From Octopus vulgaris (taxonomy: Eukaryota), in contig OX597815.1 in assembly GCA_951406725.2 (NCBI GenBank), positions 129,828,001 through 129,892,000 of the forward strand: a stretch of DNA of 64,000 nucleotides, in the 5' to 3' direction. Below are positions 24,716-37,159 of this stretch, one piece after another; the first letter of the stretch is position 1, and every line of letters begins with the position of its first letter. A model generated the notes under the pieces. It had not been told where the DNA came from and ran no database searches. It worked only from the letters and a program-made list of their open reading frames with translations. Position numbers and translations under genes: made by a program.

Positions 24716-25330
24716 ATGTGCACTTGGGAAGAGCTATTATCACTCATGTCGATACCCAGATCCCTCACTGATTTAGGCTCTGGGATTGAAATTCCCTGTG
24801 GACCAGTGGACCCTGTAAGTTTCATATTCAGTTTTGGACGATGGTAGCGCAGGGCTTGGAATTTTTCAGCATTAAACTGCATATTATTATCCTCAGCCCA
24901 TCTGTAAATTGAGTCCAACACCTGTTGCAGATGGGCAATATAGCTGGGGTTCTGTATTTTCTGTGAGATTTTCGTAACTTTCACGCAGCTTGCAAGTGTA
25001 GCTATCAGGGCACTTGAGGGCATATCTGAGAGGACCACTATAAAAAGCAGTGGTCCCAAGACAGTGCCCTGTGGAACACCGCTCACTATTTGTGTTTTCA
25101 TAGAGGTGGCTCCATTAGCCACTACTGCCTGACTTCTATCTTTCAGAAAGTCATGTAACCACTCTCCAGGTTTTCCAGCTATGCCGAAATCACGCAGTTT
25201 GTGGCATATCATACAATGATCCATTTTGTCAAAAGCTTTTGCAAAATTAATGTATATTACATCCACATTTGATTTGTTGAGTAACTGCCTCAACACCCAG
25301 TCATAATGTTGTAAGAGCTGGGTCAGGCAG
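24716..25330 (-). pseudogene. CR1-group (AP-endonuclease type) LINE reverse transcriptase fragment
   Basis: ORF 24655-25401: CLTQLL...VDVIYINFAKAFDK...SGVPQGTVLGPLLF...WAEDNNMQFN.EK...RDLG. Confidence 0.85.
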
Positions 25331-25570
25331 CCATATCTGGGTTCTCCTGCTTTTGTGGCATGGTGCAGAATCCTGTTGCCAGACATAGGGTCTTCCAGCA
25401 TCCACCCGCTTGACCCAGGGCAGCACTACCTTCTCCGGGCTCTTGATGTGAGCCTCAGTATTGAGCCTGAGGCTGTGTGGGGAGATAAATGAAGACATAA
25501 CGTCGCCTTCATTAGTAACCACTCCAAACGCCATGATGCTGTCTAGATGTTTGATTTTTATCACACTCGG
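25330..25570 (-). pseudogene. Tc1/mariner-superfamily transposase fragment
   Basis: IMAFGVVTNEG...VVLPWVKRV.AGRPYVWQQDSAPCH.SRRTQ; same family type as 40893-41817. Confidence 0.8.
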
Positions 25571-25658
25571 AACATGTCCTCAGATTACATTGTCCTCAGA
25601 TTGACACTGAAACACTCTGAAATGTTCATATTGTCCCATTTTGTATTATATATATATA

Positions 25659-25956
25659 ATACAAAATGGGACAAGAACACAAAACATCTGGACAACTAGG
25701 TGATACAAAAAAAAGAAAACAATGATGGGTCATTCGAAGCCTTTTATCCTCAGTCAAGAACCGGATCATCCTCGCAATTTCGGCTGATTAATTTTGCAGC
25801 CGAAATTGCGAAGATGATCCGGTTCTTCACTGAGGATAAAAGGCTTCGAACGAACCGTCCTTGTTTTTGTTTTTTTTTGTATCGTCTATCTGGATGTTTT
25901 GTTGTCCCTTTTTGTATCACTTAGTTGTCCGGATGTTTTGCGTTCTTGTCCCATTT

Positions 25957-25961
<5 letters not shown>
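25659..25961. repeat. Palindromic element, copy 2 (near-identical to 24401-24699)
   Basis: Direct repeat of copy 1, preceded by a 16 bp right-end fragment (25631-25646) and (TA)n. Confidence 0.9.
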
Positions 25962-25987
<26 letters not shown>

Positions 25988-26344
25988 CGGCGTACGTACA
26001 GTTTGTTCTCTTATACACACACACACACGCGCACACACACACATATATATATGAATTTAGTGTTACAGTGATATACTAAGGGGATCTTATTTTAATATAA
26101 TATATATGAGAGACATGTTATTACAAATTTATAAAAAACCTTATATAACATTACGGGGAAATTATTTAATATAATATATATGAGAGATAAATTATTACCA
26201 ATTTATTAAAAAGAAACCTTTATACAATATTATATGTATAAGTCTAACTATGTGAATCATTATAGAAAGAGCAGCCAAAACTCATACCGCTAAATAGTTG
26301 TAATTCTGAAATAGAAAGAGAAATAAAAACGTTTACCCCTTTCA

Positions 26345-26440
26345 TCTCTGGACTATGCATAGTTTCGGCAAAACTTTGGCAAATGAATTAATTAAATTAA
26401 ATTAAATTCATTTACATCTGGCGTGCCTCGTCAGCAGAGA
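26345..26440 (-). ncRNA. Type-I hammerhead ribozyme with intact core
   Basis: Minus strand tctctg-CTGACGA-ggca[61 nt stem II]tgcc-GAAAC-tatgcata-GTC-cagaga. Perfect 6 bp stem I, palindromic stem III, predicted cleavage after GTC (between 26351 and 26350). Confidence 0.9.
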
Positions 26441-26499
26441 GCCTAGGACGAGTATATGTCCACGAGGTTATGGTAAAGAAGCCTCCAGTCACATATGCC

Positions 26500-26521
26500 C
26501 TGTATATATATATATACATAT

Positions 26522-26596
<75 letters not shown>

Positions 26597-26605
26597 TATA
26601 TACAT

Positions 26606-26644
<39 letters not shown>

Positions 26645-26793
26645 CATACATATATATATATATACAAACACACACACACACACACTTATATATATATGTG
26701 CGTGTGTGTGTATGTGTATGTGTGTATGTATGTATATATATAAAAATACCAGGAAGAATACATTATTTCGCAGATGTGAAATAATAATACAAT

Positions 26794-26861
<68 letters not shown>

Positions 26862-27109
26862 TAAATACACACACACACACACACACACAAAAAACATAAA
26901 TATATATAAACACACGCACACACACTTATATATATGTGTGTGTGTGTGTGTATGTGTATGTGTGTATGTAATATGGAAGAATACAAAGATGTGAAAGCGT
27001 AAAAATTGACAAATGTGTCTCGTTCTAACATTACAATAGCTTATACATTTGGGAGCTTTCACAATCTGTCACAAAAGTTTGTCATATTTACCTCATCGCT
27101 GATGACGTT

Positions 27110-27170
<61 letters not shown>
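26500..27170. repeat. Compound (TA)/(CATA)/(CA) microsatellite block with an internal ~230 bp tandem duplication
   Basis: cacacacttatatatat...ggaagaatac occurs at ~26680-26760 and again at ~26920-26985. Confidence 0.8.
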
Positions 27171-27444
27171 TGGAAGTGACTTATCCTCCAATATGTATGA
27201 GATGAATATATTATTGTAACTATTCTCACTGGTATGACTATTAATCATGTATGTATGTACTATGTATGACAGGTATGTAAGGGGAACGATTAATGGTGGG
27301 GCGGACTCACATTTCCCTGTAGTAGAGCAACGGCAAACAAGTTGAAATGTGTGTTAGATTTATTTATGGACTAGTCTCTCGTTTTCGATTTTCATCCGAA
27401 AGCAGGTCTTCAATCTTGTTTGGGCTGTAATAGATTTAGGTCCA

Positions 27445-27600
27445 GTCATGGCGGTGTGGACAAGACGCTCGCTTTGTAACGACATTTTTCATTCGTGTTC
27501 AGTTCCACTGAGCGGCACTTTGGGCATGTATCCTCTGCTAAAGCGCTGGGGCAGAATAATGTCTTGTGAGTGAACTTGCGAAACAAAAACTCTATGGAAG
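27445..27600 (-). mobile_element. SINE family B 5' half (decayed)
   Basis: gttcagttccactg..cggcactttgggcatgt.tc.tct.cta motif of the family B head. Strand assignment is tentative. Confidence 0.45.
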
Positions 27601-27759
27601 CGCATCGTATATGTATATGTGTATGTGTGTATGTGTGTATGAATATATGTATATATGCATATACATGCATATATTTGTATGTATGTATGTATGTATGTAT
27701 GTATGTATGTATGTATGTATGTATGTATGTCTGTATGTATGTATGTATGTATGTATGTA

Positions 27760-29051
27760 CGAGGGGCGTTCAATAAGTAATGCCCCTGACCCACTTCCCA
27801 TAGAAGTAGAGCAACGAAACTTGGCACAGTTATTAGTCTTTTTCTACATAGAAACCACCCAGAGTTACGCATTTCTACCATCGTTTAATGCAGCTCTGGA
27901 GACCGTTTTTGTAGAAGACCCCAGCTTGGTCCTCCAACCATGACGTGACGTCAGAAATCAAGGCTGCATCATCTGGGAAACGCTTTCCTTTCAAAAACAA
28001 CTTCATGGCTGGGAAGAGGTGAAAATCCGAGGGTGCAAGGTCAAGAGAGTAGGGGCATGGGGGAGGAGTTCATAGCCGCACGCCTGTGCTTCTGATCTGG
28101 CGACCATCGAGTTGTGGACCGGAGCGTTGTCCTGCAGGAGGAGGATGCCTTTGCTGATCTTGCCCCGCCTCTTGATTTTGATAGCTTCTCTTAATTTCAT
28201 CAAAAGTGAAGCATAATAGGCTCCTGTAATTGTGGTACCCTTTGCCAGGAAATCTGTCATCACTACTCCGTCCTGGTCCCAGAAGACTATGAGCATGACC
28301 TTGCTAGTGGAGGGCTGCACCCTTGCCTTCTTTGGAGGAGGTGAGTCACGGTGCTTCCACTGCATTGACTGGGCTTTTGTCTCTGGATCATAGTGATGGA
28401 CCCAGGTTTCATCCTGTGTAATCAGTCTTTTGAAAAATGTTGACTCATCTTCTTGGCACATATCCAAATTCATCCTCGAGCACTCGACGCATTCTTGCTT
28501 CCGGAAAGGTGTGAGCAACCTGGGAATCCATCTGGCAGACACCTTTTGCATATGCAAATGGTCATGAATGATTGGTTTCCACAGACCCGGTACTAATCTT
28601 GACCTCATGGGCTATTTGGCGAATAGTTATGCGTCGATCTTCCAAAATGGCAGCCTCAACTTGATGGACAGATGCCTCATTAATAGCAGTAGGGGGCGAC
28701 CAGATCTGGGAGCTGTTTCCACAGAGTTCCGACCATGTTTGAATTCACAATGCCAGCGTTTTACAAGGTCATATGATGGGGCATCATCACCATAAGTTAC
28801 TTTCATTTCATCAAAAGTCTCCCGTGGTGTGCGTCCTTTCAAATATAAAAAGCGGATCACTGCCCGACACTCAACAGGCTCCATTTCACACTTGACTCAG
28901 TTCAAACACCTGTAAATCAGAAACCACAATTAGTTCAGAGCTGTAATTTACCACTTAATCTATAGAGATATAGATAATTGCACATGCAAAATGTCAGCCA
29001 GATCAAACAACTGCAAGTGGGTCAGAGGCATTACTTATTGAACGCCCCTCG
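27760..29051 (-). mobile_element. Full-length mariner transposon (1292 bp)
   Basis: TIR cgaggggcgttcaataagtaatgcc.ctgacccactt at both ends, with TA target duplication (27758-59, 29052-53). Confidence 0.95.
27833..28884 (-). pseudogene. Mariner DD34D transposase (frameshifts, one late stop)
   Basis: MEPVECRAVIRFLYLKG...RSGRP; WIPRLLT; ITQDETW; LLQDNAPVH; YSLDLAPSDFHLFP; C-terminus CIKRW*KCVTLGGFYVEKD*. Confidence 0.95.
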
Positions 29052-29191
<140 letters not shown>

Positions 29192-29214
29192 ACATGTATA
29201 TGTTTAATGGTTGT

Positions 29215-29425
29215 GATGCATGGCTAAGTGATTAGGCCGTTGCGCTCATGATCATAGGATTGTGGTTTCGATTCCTGGACCGTGCGATGTCTGGTTGAGT
29301 AAATCCTCATTTCATGTTGTTCCACTGCATTCAGCTGGCAAAATATGACCAATCCAGTGACGGAGCGGCGGTCTAATGGGTATTATATACGTCACGGAAT
29401 CCGGGAAACTGGAGGGACATTGGCT
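29215..29425 (+). mobile_element. tRNA-derived SINE (family D-like head)
   Basis: tggctaagtgattagg...ggtttcgattcct, ttcagctggcaaaa. Confidence 0.6.
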
Positions 29426-30264
29426 TCGTTTTTATGTTTTTAACGAAATATTTACAGATGACAAATGGTTCCACACGCCGGTACACACACACACACACAC
29501 ACATGTTGGTGTAGTTTGGATACATATATACATGCATGCAGACGCAAAAGCGAATGCGCTTTCAATTACATACCTTTGCAATTACGCATGTATTTATGTA
29601 TGTATGTGTGCATGTATGTATGTATATATATATATATATGTGTATGTGTGTGTGTGTGTGTGTGTGTGAGTATGTATATTCATTCACTCGAAGCTAAAGC
29701 TTCCCTCTGAGGTTACGACGAGCATCCAGTTTGTTAATCTTTTACAGTTGTCTTGAAAAACTTGCGAGTAAGAGGATGTTCAGCTAAGCGACGGATTGAA
29801 GCTTAAGACGAGAATTGAATATAAAACTGAAGATTATATAATTAAGAGTAACTAACTGAGAAAAGAAAAAAGAGCGAACAGACTCTTTCGCTTATCGGTC
29901 ATTCAAGACGACAGTTTTATCGATTTCCCCATTGAAAGTCTGGAATCAGCTCATGTCAATTAAGGGGTAGAAAAATTCTTTCTGCCTGGGATTATTTCTC
30001 GTAAATGTCATATATGTAATTTTATATTTAAAAATCTTAACCATTAATGTATGAATTTTATCCATACAAAGACGAATAAGGGTATACTAAATAAGGGTAT
30101 ACATGAATAAATTCTTGATTTATTAAAATCACCTTCACTTCTAGAGAAGGTAGACAAGTTGCTTGGTGGGAACTGGTACCGAATCAAGAATTCTTCAACT
30201 GACAAGCCTTTCTGATGACAAGGAGAGATATGGACATTAATCTTTGCCTCAATAGGTGCCATCA

Positions 30265-30370
30265 TGTGTATGTGCATGTGTGTGTGTGTGTGTGTGTGTG
30301 TGAGTGTGTGCGTGTGCGTACATATGTATATCCGTATATATATGTACACACATATAAATACACACCTATA

Positions 30371-30401
<31 letters not shown>

Positions 30402-30845
30402 GTACGTATATCTATACATACATAGAGATATAGATGCATGCATACGTACATACATGCATGAATACATACAAACATACATACATACATACATACATACATA
30501 CATACATACATACATACATAGGTATATACATCTATACATACACATACACACATACATATATACACACATACATACATTCATACATACATATATGCATACA
30601 AGCATAAACACATTCATACATACATACATGCATGTATACATACATATATACACACATACATATATACATACATATATACGCACAAACATACATTTATACA
30701 TACATACATGCATACATACATACATACATACACACATTCATACATGCATACATACATACATACACACATGCATACATACATACATACATACATACATACA
30801 TACATACATACATACATACATACATACATACATACATACATTTAT
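30265..30845. repeat. Long degenerate (CATA)n/(TG)n array
   Basis: Visible run. Confidence 0.95.
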
Positions 30846-30959
30846 ATAAGTATTTATGCATTTTTCTTTTCTTTTCACTCTGCCAATTATACAATACTTA
30901 AGGTCTCCGGTTTAGACATGTCTTAGGCTGGTTTAGTGAGGCACTACATGCTTAAAAAA

Positions 30960-31123
30960 CACTTGCGTAGCTAGATTGCGTGCCACCCGAGGCGTCCCTT
31001 CCGTTTGTCGCACCCGGACCCCACAAAAAAACACATATTGCCTATTACAGACCTAAAAGTGGTACCTCTTTAAAAGTACCGCCTGGAGCGGACTGCACCT
31101 ACCGTTCCCTAGCTACGCTAGTG
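30960..31123. mobile_element. hAT-type MITE
   Basis: Termini cacttgcgtagctag / ctagctacgctagtg; approximate 8 bp TSD cttaaaa(a/t) on both flanks. Confidence 0.7.
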
Positions 31124-31849
31124 CTTAAAATATAGGGTAGCCCTCTCAGTTATGTTTCGCGTGATTGAAAAGGTACGCTAGTCCCCGGTCCATGACTTTC
31201 TAGACGAATTGTGACGGAGGTTGTTGAGTTTTCCCTGTTACTTGATCTGAAAGAACGGAAACATTAAAGAAAACGACTCTAAAAATGTTCGCAGCTTGAC
31301 TCATATAATTCCCCTCCATATCGTCCGGAGATGCTGTGATTTCTGGTTTAGTGACTTCTTATGAGCAACAAGACTCCTTGAGAAAACAGGTAGAGGGATT
31401 TCAACAGTTTAAATTTGGTTGAAGTCGTCGTAGCTATTTGCTGTTATATGTGAAAATATCACAATTCTTAAGGAAAATTAGGGATGAGTGGTAATCTTGC
31501 CAATGAAATGGAGCAGCATTGAGAGAGTCACCCTACACTTTAATGGGTCACTAAACTGTCGGGTTTGCCTAACTAAAAAGGATCCCTACCCCGAAGCAGT
31601 CTGCGACGTATCTTAACCAGAGATCTGAAGTTATTGTCCAGGGCATTTTGTCTAACGTTTTAACATTACGTTTTCTCAATATGATATTAATATTAATAGA
31701 AGAGCGCTCAGAGATCCCAAACGTCCGCCAAGGCAACACCAAAGTCCTCTCAACGATTAACCAGAGATGATATTTAAAATGAGAATACCTGAAATAAACT
31801 CGACTGCTCTCACAAACGAAAATACTGAAAATGAACCCGACCGCTCTCA

Positions 31850-32071
31850 AAAATGAAGTAAAATAACAAACGGAAAAATAATCCAGAATCTTTGTCCAGT
31901 ACCGGATCTATTCCCAAATATAATCAGTTCGTGCCAGTTACGAGGCCAAACATCCATGAAAGTTTCATCCGAATCCATCCAGTGATTCCTGAGATTTTTT
32001 GTCCACAGAAAAACAAACAAACAAACGCGACCGAAAACAATACTCCCGCCTTCTCCAAGGCGGAGGTAATA
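31850..32071. mobile_element. Helentron-associated non-autonomous element (HINE/DINE-1-like) end
   Basis: aagtttcatccgaatccatccagt...(aaac)n...aaaacaatactcccgcc-ttctccaa-ggcggaggtaat terminal hairpin preceded by a short tetranucleotide run. Confidence 0.6.
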
Positions 32072-32110
32072 AAGGCAAGTTGTAAATATGTACGACATGA
32101 TAATGTTTTA

Positions 32111-32390
32111 AGGCGGCGAGCTGACAGAATCGGTAGCATACCGGGAAAAATGTTTAGCAGCATTTCGTCCGTCTTTACGTTCTGAATGTGAATTCCGCTG
32201 AGGTCGACTTTGCCTTTCATCCTATCGAAGTCGATAAAATAAGTACCACTTAAACACTGGAGTCGATGTATTCGATTTACCTACTCCCCTAAAATTGATG
32301 GCCTTGTGCCAAAATTTGAAATGAATATTAATGCTGGCAGAATCGTTAGCACGCCGGGCAAAATGCTTAGCAGCATTTCGCCCGTCCTTC
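32111..32390 (+). mobile_element. SINE family A, full copy plus a second head
   Basis: Homologous to 1693-1904; the second head starts at ~32333. Confidence 0.85.
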
Positions 32391-33029
32391 ATGGCCTTTT
32401 GCCATTTTGTCTGTCCTTGCTGGCCTTGAGCCAAAAATTTGAAACCTTATTTTAATGTTATACATCATAATGTCAGATCGGTACACTCGCATGCACACAC
32501 ACACACATCACACTCGCAGAATATAAGTGATGGATCTCCGTTGGTTTCGACGACGAGTATTGAGTTTTGTGATCAACTGAATTACTACTCAATCTATTGG
32601 TGGCTGAGTATTCTACAGACATAACTAATCATCGGGAAGAACCAGCGTGACACTGTGAGAAGGCAGCTGGACTTTCTCTGAATCACGGGTGAAATGGCTT
32701 CAATTCCGTTTCTTTCTATCCAGTTTCAGCCAGAAGACTTATTCAAAGTGCCGTGAAGTAGGAGCGAACTTGGAATTGCGCGATCATGAAACGAACTTTT
32801 GACGCAATATCAACGGTAAATATTTTATTTCTGTTGTAATTAGATGTTACTTTAGACTGTCTCGGTTTCTCTGTCTGTCTGTCTGTCTGTCTTTCTCCCT
32901 CTCTCAATCTTTGTATCACTTTTAGCTAACTAATAGCCGAAAGCTTGATATTTTCAGACCTACCGGGCATTGTCGCTAATTCGTTTGCATACTAAAATAT
33001 TTCTCAGTCCTGCTAAAAAAATATTTGTT

Positions 33030-33153
<124 letters not shown>

Positions 33154-33399
33154 TAAAACTCGTACACCGCTGGAATTCATTATTGCAGTTACGCAGTAAT
33201 AACTCTCCTGTTATTTTATTCAACGAAAAGCAGACGATACAGTATTTGTATATGTAGTATTTAAAAATAAACATAAATAAATATATAAACAGCCGGAACA
33301 AATAGAATAAACAATTGGCTGCAGACATTTTATTGATGCTAATCGATAATGATAAAAAGATTAATGCTGACTAGCTATTTGGATTTTGAAAACTATTTT

Positions 33400-33680
33400 C
33401 TACATTAAATCTTCCTTTCTTTCTTTCACTAAATCTTTCTTTGACTAAATTTTTCTCTCTCTTTCTCTCTCCCTTCCTTTTTTTATTATTAAATCTTTCT
33501 GCCTCTCTTTTTTTCACTTAATCTTTCTTTTATTAAATATTTCCTTCTTTCTTCCTTCCTTTCAATAAATCTTCTTTTCTTTGTTTCTTCCTTCCTTCCT
33601 TCCTTTCACTAAATCTTCTTTTCTTAGTTTCTTCCTTCCTTTCATTAAATCTTTCTTTCTTTTTTCTTTCACTAAATCTG
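33400..33680. repeat. Pyrimidine-rich degenerate minisatellite (unit ~ttcactaaatctttct)
   Basis: Recurrent taaatct motifs separated by CT-rich spacers. Confidence 0.7.
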
Positions 33681-33708
33681 TTGGAAGTATTTAATCACAG
33701 GTCGACAC

Positions 33709-33760
33709 TACATGACGTAAAGTTTCGTGGATGCAGAAAGCGCTCACATCTTCAGATGTA
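33709..33760 (-). ncRNA. Type-I hammerhead ribozyme at the 3' end of a Penelope-like remnant
   Basis: Minus strand tacat-CTGAAGA-t-gtg[agcgctttctgcatc]cac-GAAAC-tttac-GTC-atgta, with a perfect 5 bp stem I. Confidence 0.75.
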
Positions 33761-33839
33761 TACCCAAAAGTTGAATAGTGCCAAACAAGACTGAAATATG
33801 TTTAGCCCACGACTCGCCTTTCACGCAACTCCAATTTCA

Positions 33840-34750
33840 GGCGTGAATTGTTACAACTGGGTGACGGGTTATTTCCTTTCATTTTTTTTATCTGTTCATT
33901 AACTTTTTATGCCTGTTGATTTACTCTTACTTTTTGATTTTTCATTGGATATCTTTTTGTTGATTGTTCTTTACTCTCCTTGAATTTATTGTGAGGGTCG
34001 TGTTTGGGCATTTGTATTTTGTTCCCCTAACTTTTATCGAATTGTTTATTTGCTGGATTTATTTGCTAATTTCATTAAAGCTGTTATTTAATTTTTGGTC
34101 AAGTTCATTTCATTGATTAATAGTGGATATGCGATTCATTTTGTCTTTTAAAATGTTGGTTTGTGGTAGACCGAGTTCATTGGTGTGAATTTTATTTGTA
34201 GTTAATGTCAGACTGTTTTAGAGATATATTTGTTTATGTATGCATTTTGTTGGTTATGAGTATGTTTGCATTTTTATTTTGTTGGTTATGGGTATGATTG
34301 TATATTTATTTCTGTTTTTCTGTTCCGTTATTATGTATTATCATTAGCTGTGATGTTTTCTGTTTATTCATCTGTTAAACTAAAGGAATTTGCATTTGTG
34401 AAGAAGGTGAGATGTGTCTCATACTACAAATAATATTTCATTATTAAATGTCTTTTCTTGACGTGTTTTGAATTTTGTGTTCATCAAGAATGAAAGTTTT
34501 AAAGGACTGTTTATAAGGGAGAATATGATGTTTATTAATTACGTCAGTTAAACTAATTAAACATTGTTGCTTGCTTATTTGAGAGTGTCACTTATTGGTA
34601 TGAGTTTCCTTGTGGGTGGTATTGCGAGTATGTTTTCTGAATTTTGTTTTACTAAAGATTAAGTTATTTAAATTACAAATCTTTTGTTTGTTTCATGTGT
34701 GTGAATATGTGTTTTGGTTTTTATCTTGTATGGTCCAGTGTGATTTTGTG
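33840..34750 (-). pseudogene. Highly decayed Penelope-like RT region
   Basis: A-rich minus strand containing NSVYHKPTF (~34150-34178; cf. PLE SVYRKPT). A hammerhead lies immediately downstream. Confidence 0.5.
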
Positions 34751-35288
34751 AGTTTGGCCATGGGTTCATTTTATGTGTCTTAGTGTATTGTGTTTTGACA
34801 TATCCAGCATCGACTCCTCTTGTGGCACACACGAAAACTGGTATAGGAGCTTCCGGCGGTGCGGATGTATCTCGTCGGTTGATAAATAAATAAAGTCTCG
34901 TTAAAATGACAGTTCGATATTACAACCTTTGTTTTGCAGAGAGAAAAACAGCCAGGCGGAGGAAAATTCTTCGTATATATAGAAGATCTAAAAATAAAAT
35001 TGCTGAGAACAAAAAGAGAAACGAACACTTAATCCAGCGAGAAAAGTATTGAAAATAACAGTTAACCGATATGGGTGTAAGAACGCCCTCGGGTGAGCAG
35101 CATGGCACGAGTACACACGCTCATACAAACATTAGCAAAAATGTGAGCATACGCACACGTGAGGTTAGACGCACTCATAATTACAAAGCGTGTTAGATAT
35201 TTAGTAGGTGTTTAGAAGAACGGGGAGGTTTCAAGTAAATTTAAGTCATCCATACCTTATAATAAAATTACACTAAGTTACCGGTTAC

Positions 35289-35505
35289 TCAAAATTCATT
35301 CTCACTGCATTGTGCGAAAGTACATTTATATGCGTGTAGGCATCTCGATAGTCTTTCAGAAATTCTATTAAGTATCTTTTCATTAGTCCACAGAATAGAC
35401 AGGGATTCCTCGGAGCAGAGACGGCATCTCCTGGAAATTGCACTGTATGGTTTTGCATGTCTAACTATGGACCAAGTAATGTTGTATTTCATATTAGCCT
35501 TCTTC
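35289..35505 (-). pseudogene. Penelope-like (Naiad-type) GIY-YIG endonuclease C-terminus
   Basis: YNITWSIVRHAKPYSAISRRCRLCSEESLSI...ILNRISERLSRCLH.YK matches the W.I...A.PY....C.LC.EK..I...LN.R.E...C.H pattern. Confidence 0.75.
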
Positions 35506-35620
35506 AGTCGACTCACGGCTAGAATAGAAGACATTTGCCCAATGTGCCACGTAGTAGGATTGAATCTGGAACCATGTGGTTGGTAAGCAAGCTTCTTACC
35601 ACACAGCCACAGCCGCACCT
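35505..35620 (-). mobile_element. SINE family B head (partial)
   Basis: Reverse complement of the head at 35674-35780. Confidence 0.8.
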
Positions 35621-35673
35621 TAACTATCTTTCTAATAAAATGTTGCAATACATTTTGACAGTTCAAAAGAATA

Positions 35674-36073
35674 GGCGCAGGAGTGGCTGTGTGGTAAGTA
35701 GCTTGTTTACCAACCACATGGTTCCGGGTTCAGTCCCACTGCGTGGCACCTTGGGCAAGTGTCTTCTACTATAGCCTCGGGCCGACCAAAGCCTTGTGAG
35801 TGGATTTAGTAGACGGAAACTGAAAGAAGCCTGTCGTATATATGTATATATATATATGTATGTGTGTGTGTGTTTGTGTGTCTGTGTTTGTCCCCCTAGC
35901 ATTGCTTGACAACTGATGCTGGTGTGTTTATGTCCCCGTTACTTAGCGGTTCGGCAAAAGAGACCGATAGAATAAGTACTGGGCTTACAAAAGAATAAGT
36001 CCCGGGGTTGAGTTGCTCGATTAAAGGCGGTGCTCCAGCATGGCCGCAGCCAAATGACTGAAACAAGTAAAGA
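35674..36073 (+). mobile_element. tRNA-derived SINE, family B (full copy, internal TA/TG microsatellite)
   Basis: A-box tggctgtgtgg, B-box ggttcagtcc, CORE-like ccttgggcaagt, tail gcatggccgcag.caaatgactgaaacaag. Confidence 0.9.
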
Positions 36074-36859
36074 ATAGATTACAACTATCCAATCTAGAAA
36101 CTTTTCTTTAAAATCTGGTCAAAGAACCTCCCCAACTTCATTCACAGAAGATCCTAGTAATCCTGCTGCAATAAGAAAGTAATCTATAGAAGACTTAGAA
36201 GAGATGACTGACTACTCGTCGTCCTGTTTCACCACCACCACCACCACCACCACCTTACTGCTCTTCACTTCGGATAAACAGTCCAACAAATTCAGGTGAG
36301 TAATAGTGAAACTGCTCAAATTTTGATTTATAATTGTTTAAATTTTATAACAATTCTTTCATTTTACAAATTATTTGCGTCATTTATCACGTAATAATAC
36401 CTTCAATGTTTTATTTTCGCGTTTGTTAGCTTTTAAATCTTCGTGTGAAAGAGATATTTGAAATGAGGTGCGCAAATTTATTTCTTTGTATTTTGTTTCG
36501 GTTTATTCAAATTATTTATCTTAGTGAACAATTATATTTATACGTTTTTACATTGTTTTTATATTTCATTGATTATTTTGTATTTTATTAATGCTTCAAG
36601 GAATGTTTTAAATGCAAACTTTCGGCTTTGGTTGAGGTTTCAAAACGAATTGTCCTAAATATTTTAATGAAGTTCTGGAATGAAGTTCTGGAACAAATTA
36701 AATTTATTACCGAGTGGTTATCTGTACATACATAAATTACATGCAAACACACATACATGCAAGCGTACATTTACATACATAGTGCATAGGTTATGTTTAT
36801 GACTCGCTATGTACCCCCACTCCCACTTTCTTTCTATGTATACATATATAAGTGTGCAC

Positions 36860-36894
<35 letters not shown>

Positions 36895-36980
36895 CTTTTC
36901 TACTCTAGGCACAAGGCCCGAAATTTTTGGAGAGGGTACCAGTCGATTGGTACTTAATTTATCGACTCCGAAAGGCAAAG

Positions 36981-37012
<32 letters not shown>

Positions 37013-37159
37013 TGTATGTATGTATGTATGTATGTATGTGTGTATGTATGTCTGTGTGTGTGGGTGTTTATTCTTTAATATTTTATTTGTCTCAGTCATT
37101 AGACTGCGGCCATGCTGGGGCATCGCCTTGAAGAATTTTTAGTCGAATGAATCGATCCC

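Noticed and set aside
24655-25401. 248 aa ORF as a functional chimeric gene
   Set aside because: The RT lacks the catalytic YADD (reads SCVK), the N-terminus is an off-frame transposase piece, and the C-terminus runs into a repeat.
26412-27062. Many overlapping YI/CV/HT-rich ORFs (also at 30044-30926, 50153-50535 and elsewhere)
   Set aside because: Dinucleotide and tetranucleotide repeat translations.
31130-31850. Possible ISL2EU/Harbinger-like transposase relic (FGISERS, RYVADCF on the minus strand)
   Set aside because: Too few motifs to support without a profile search.
35289-35505. Selenocysteine recoding, as reported for some Naiad elements
   Set aside because: The conserved cysteines here are ordinary Cys codons, with no in-frame TGA and no recognisable SECIS.
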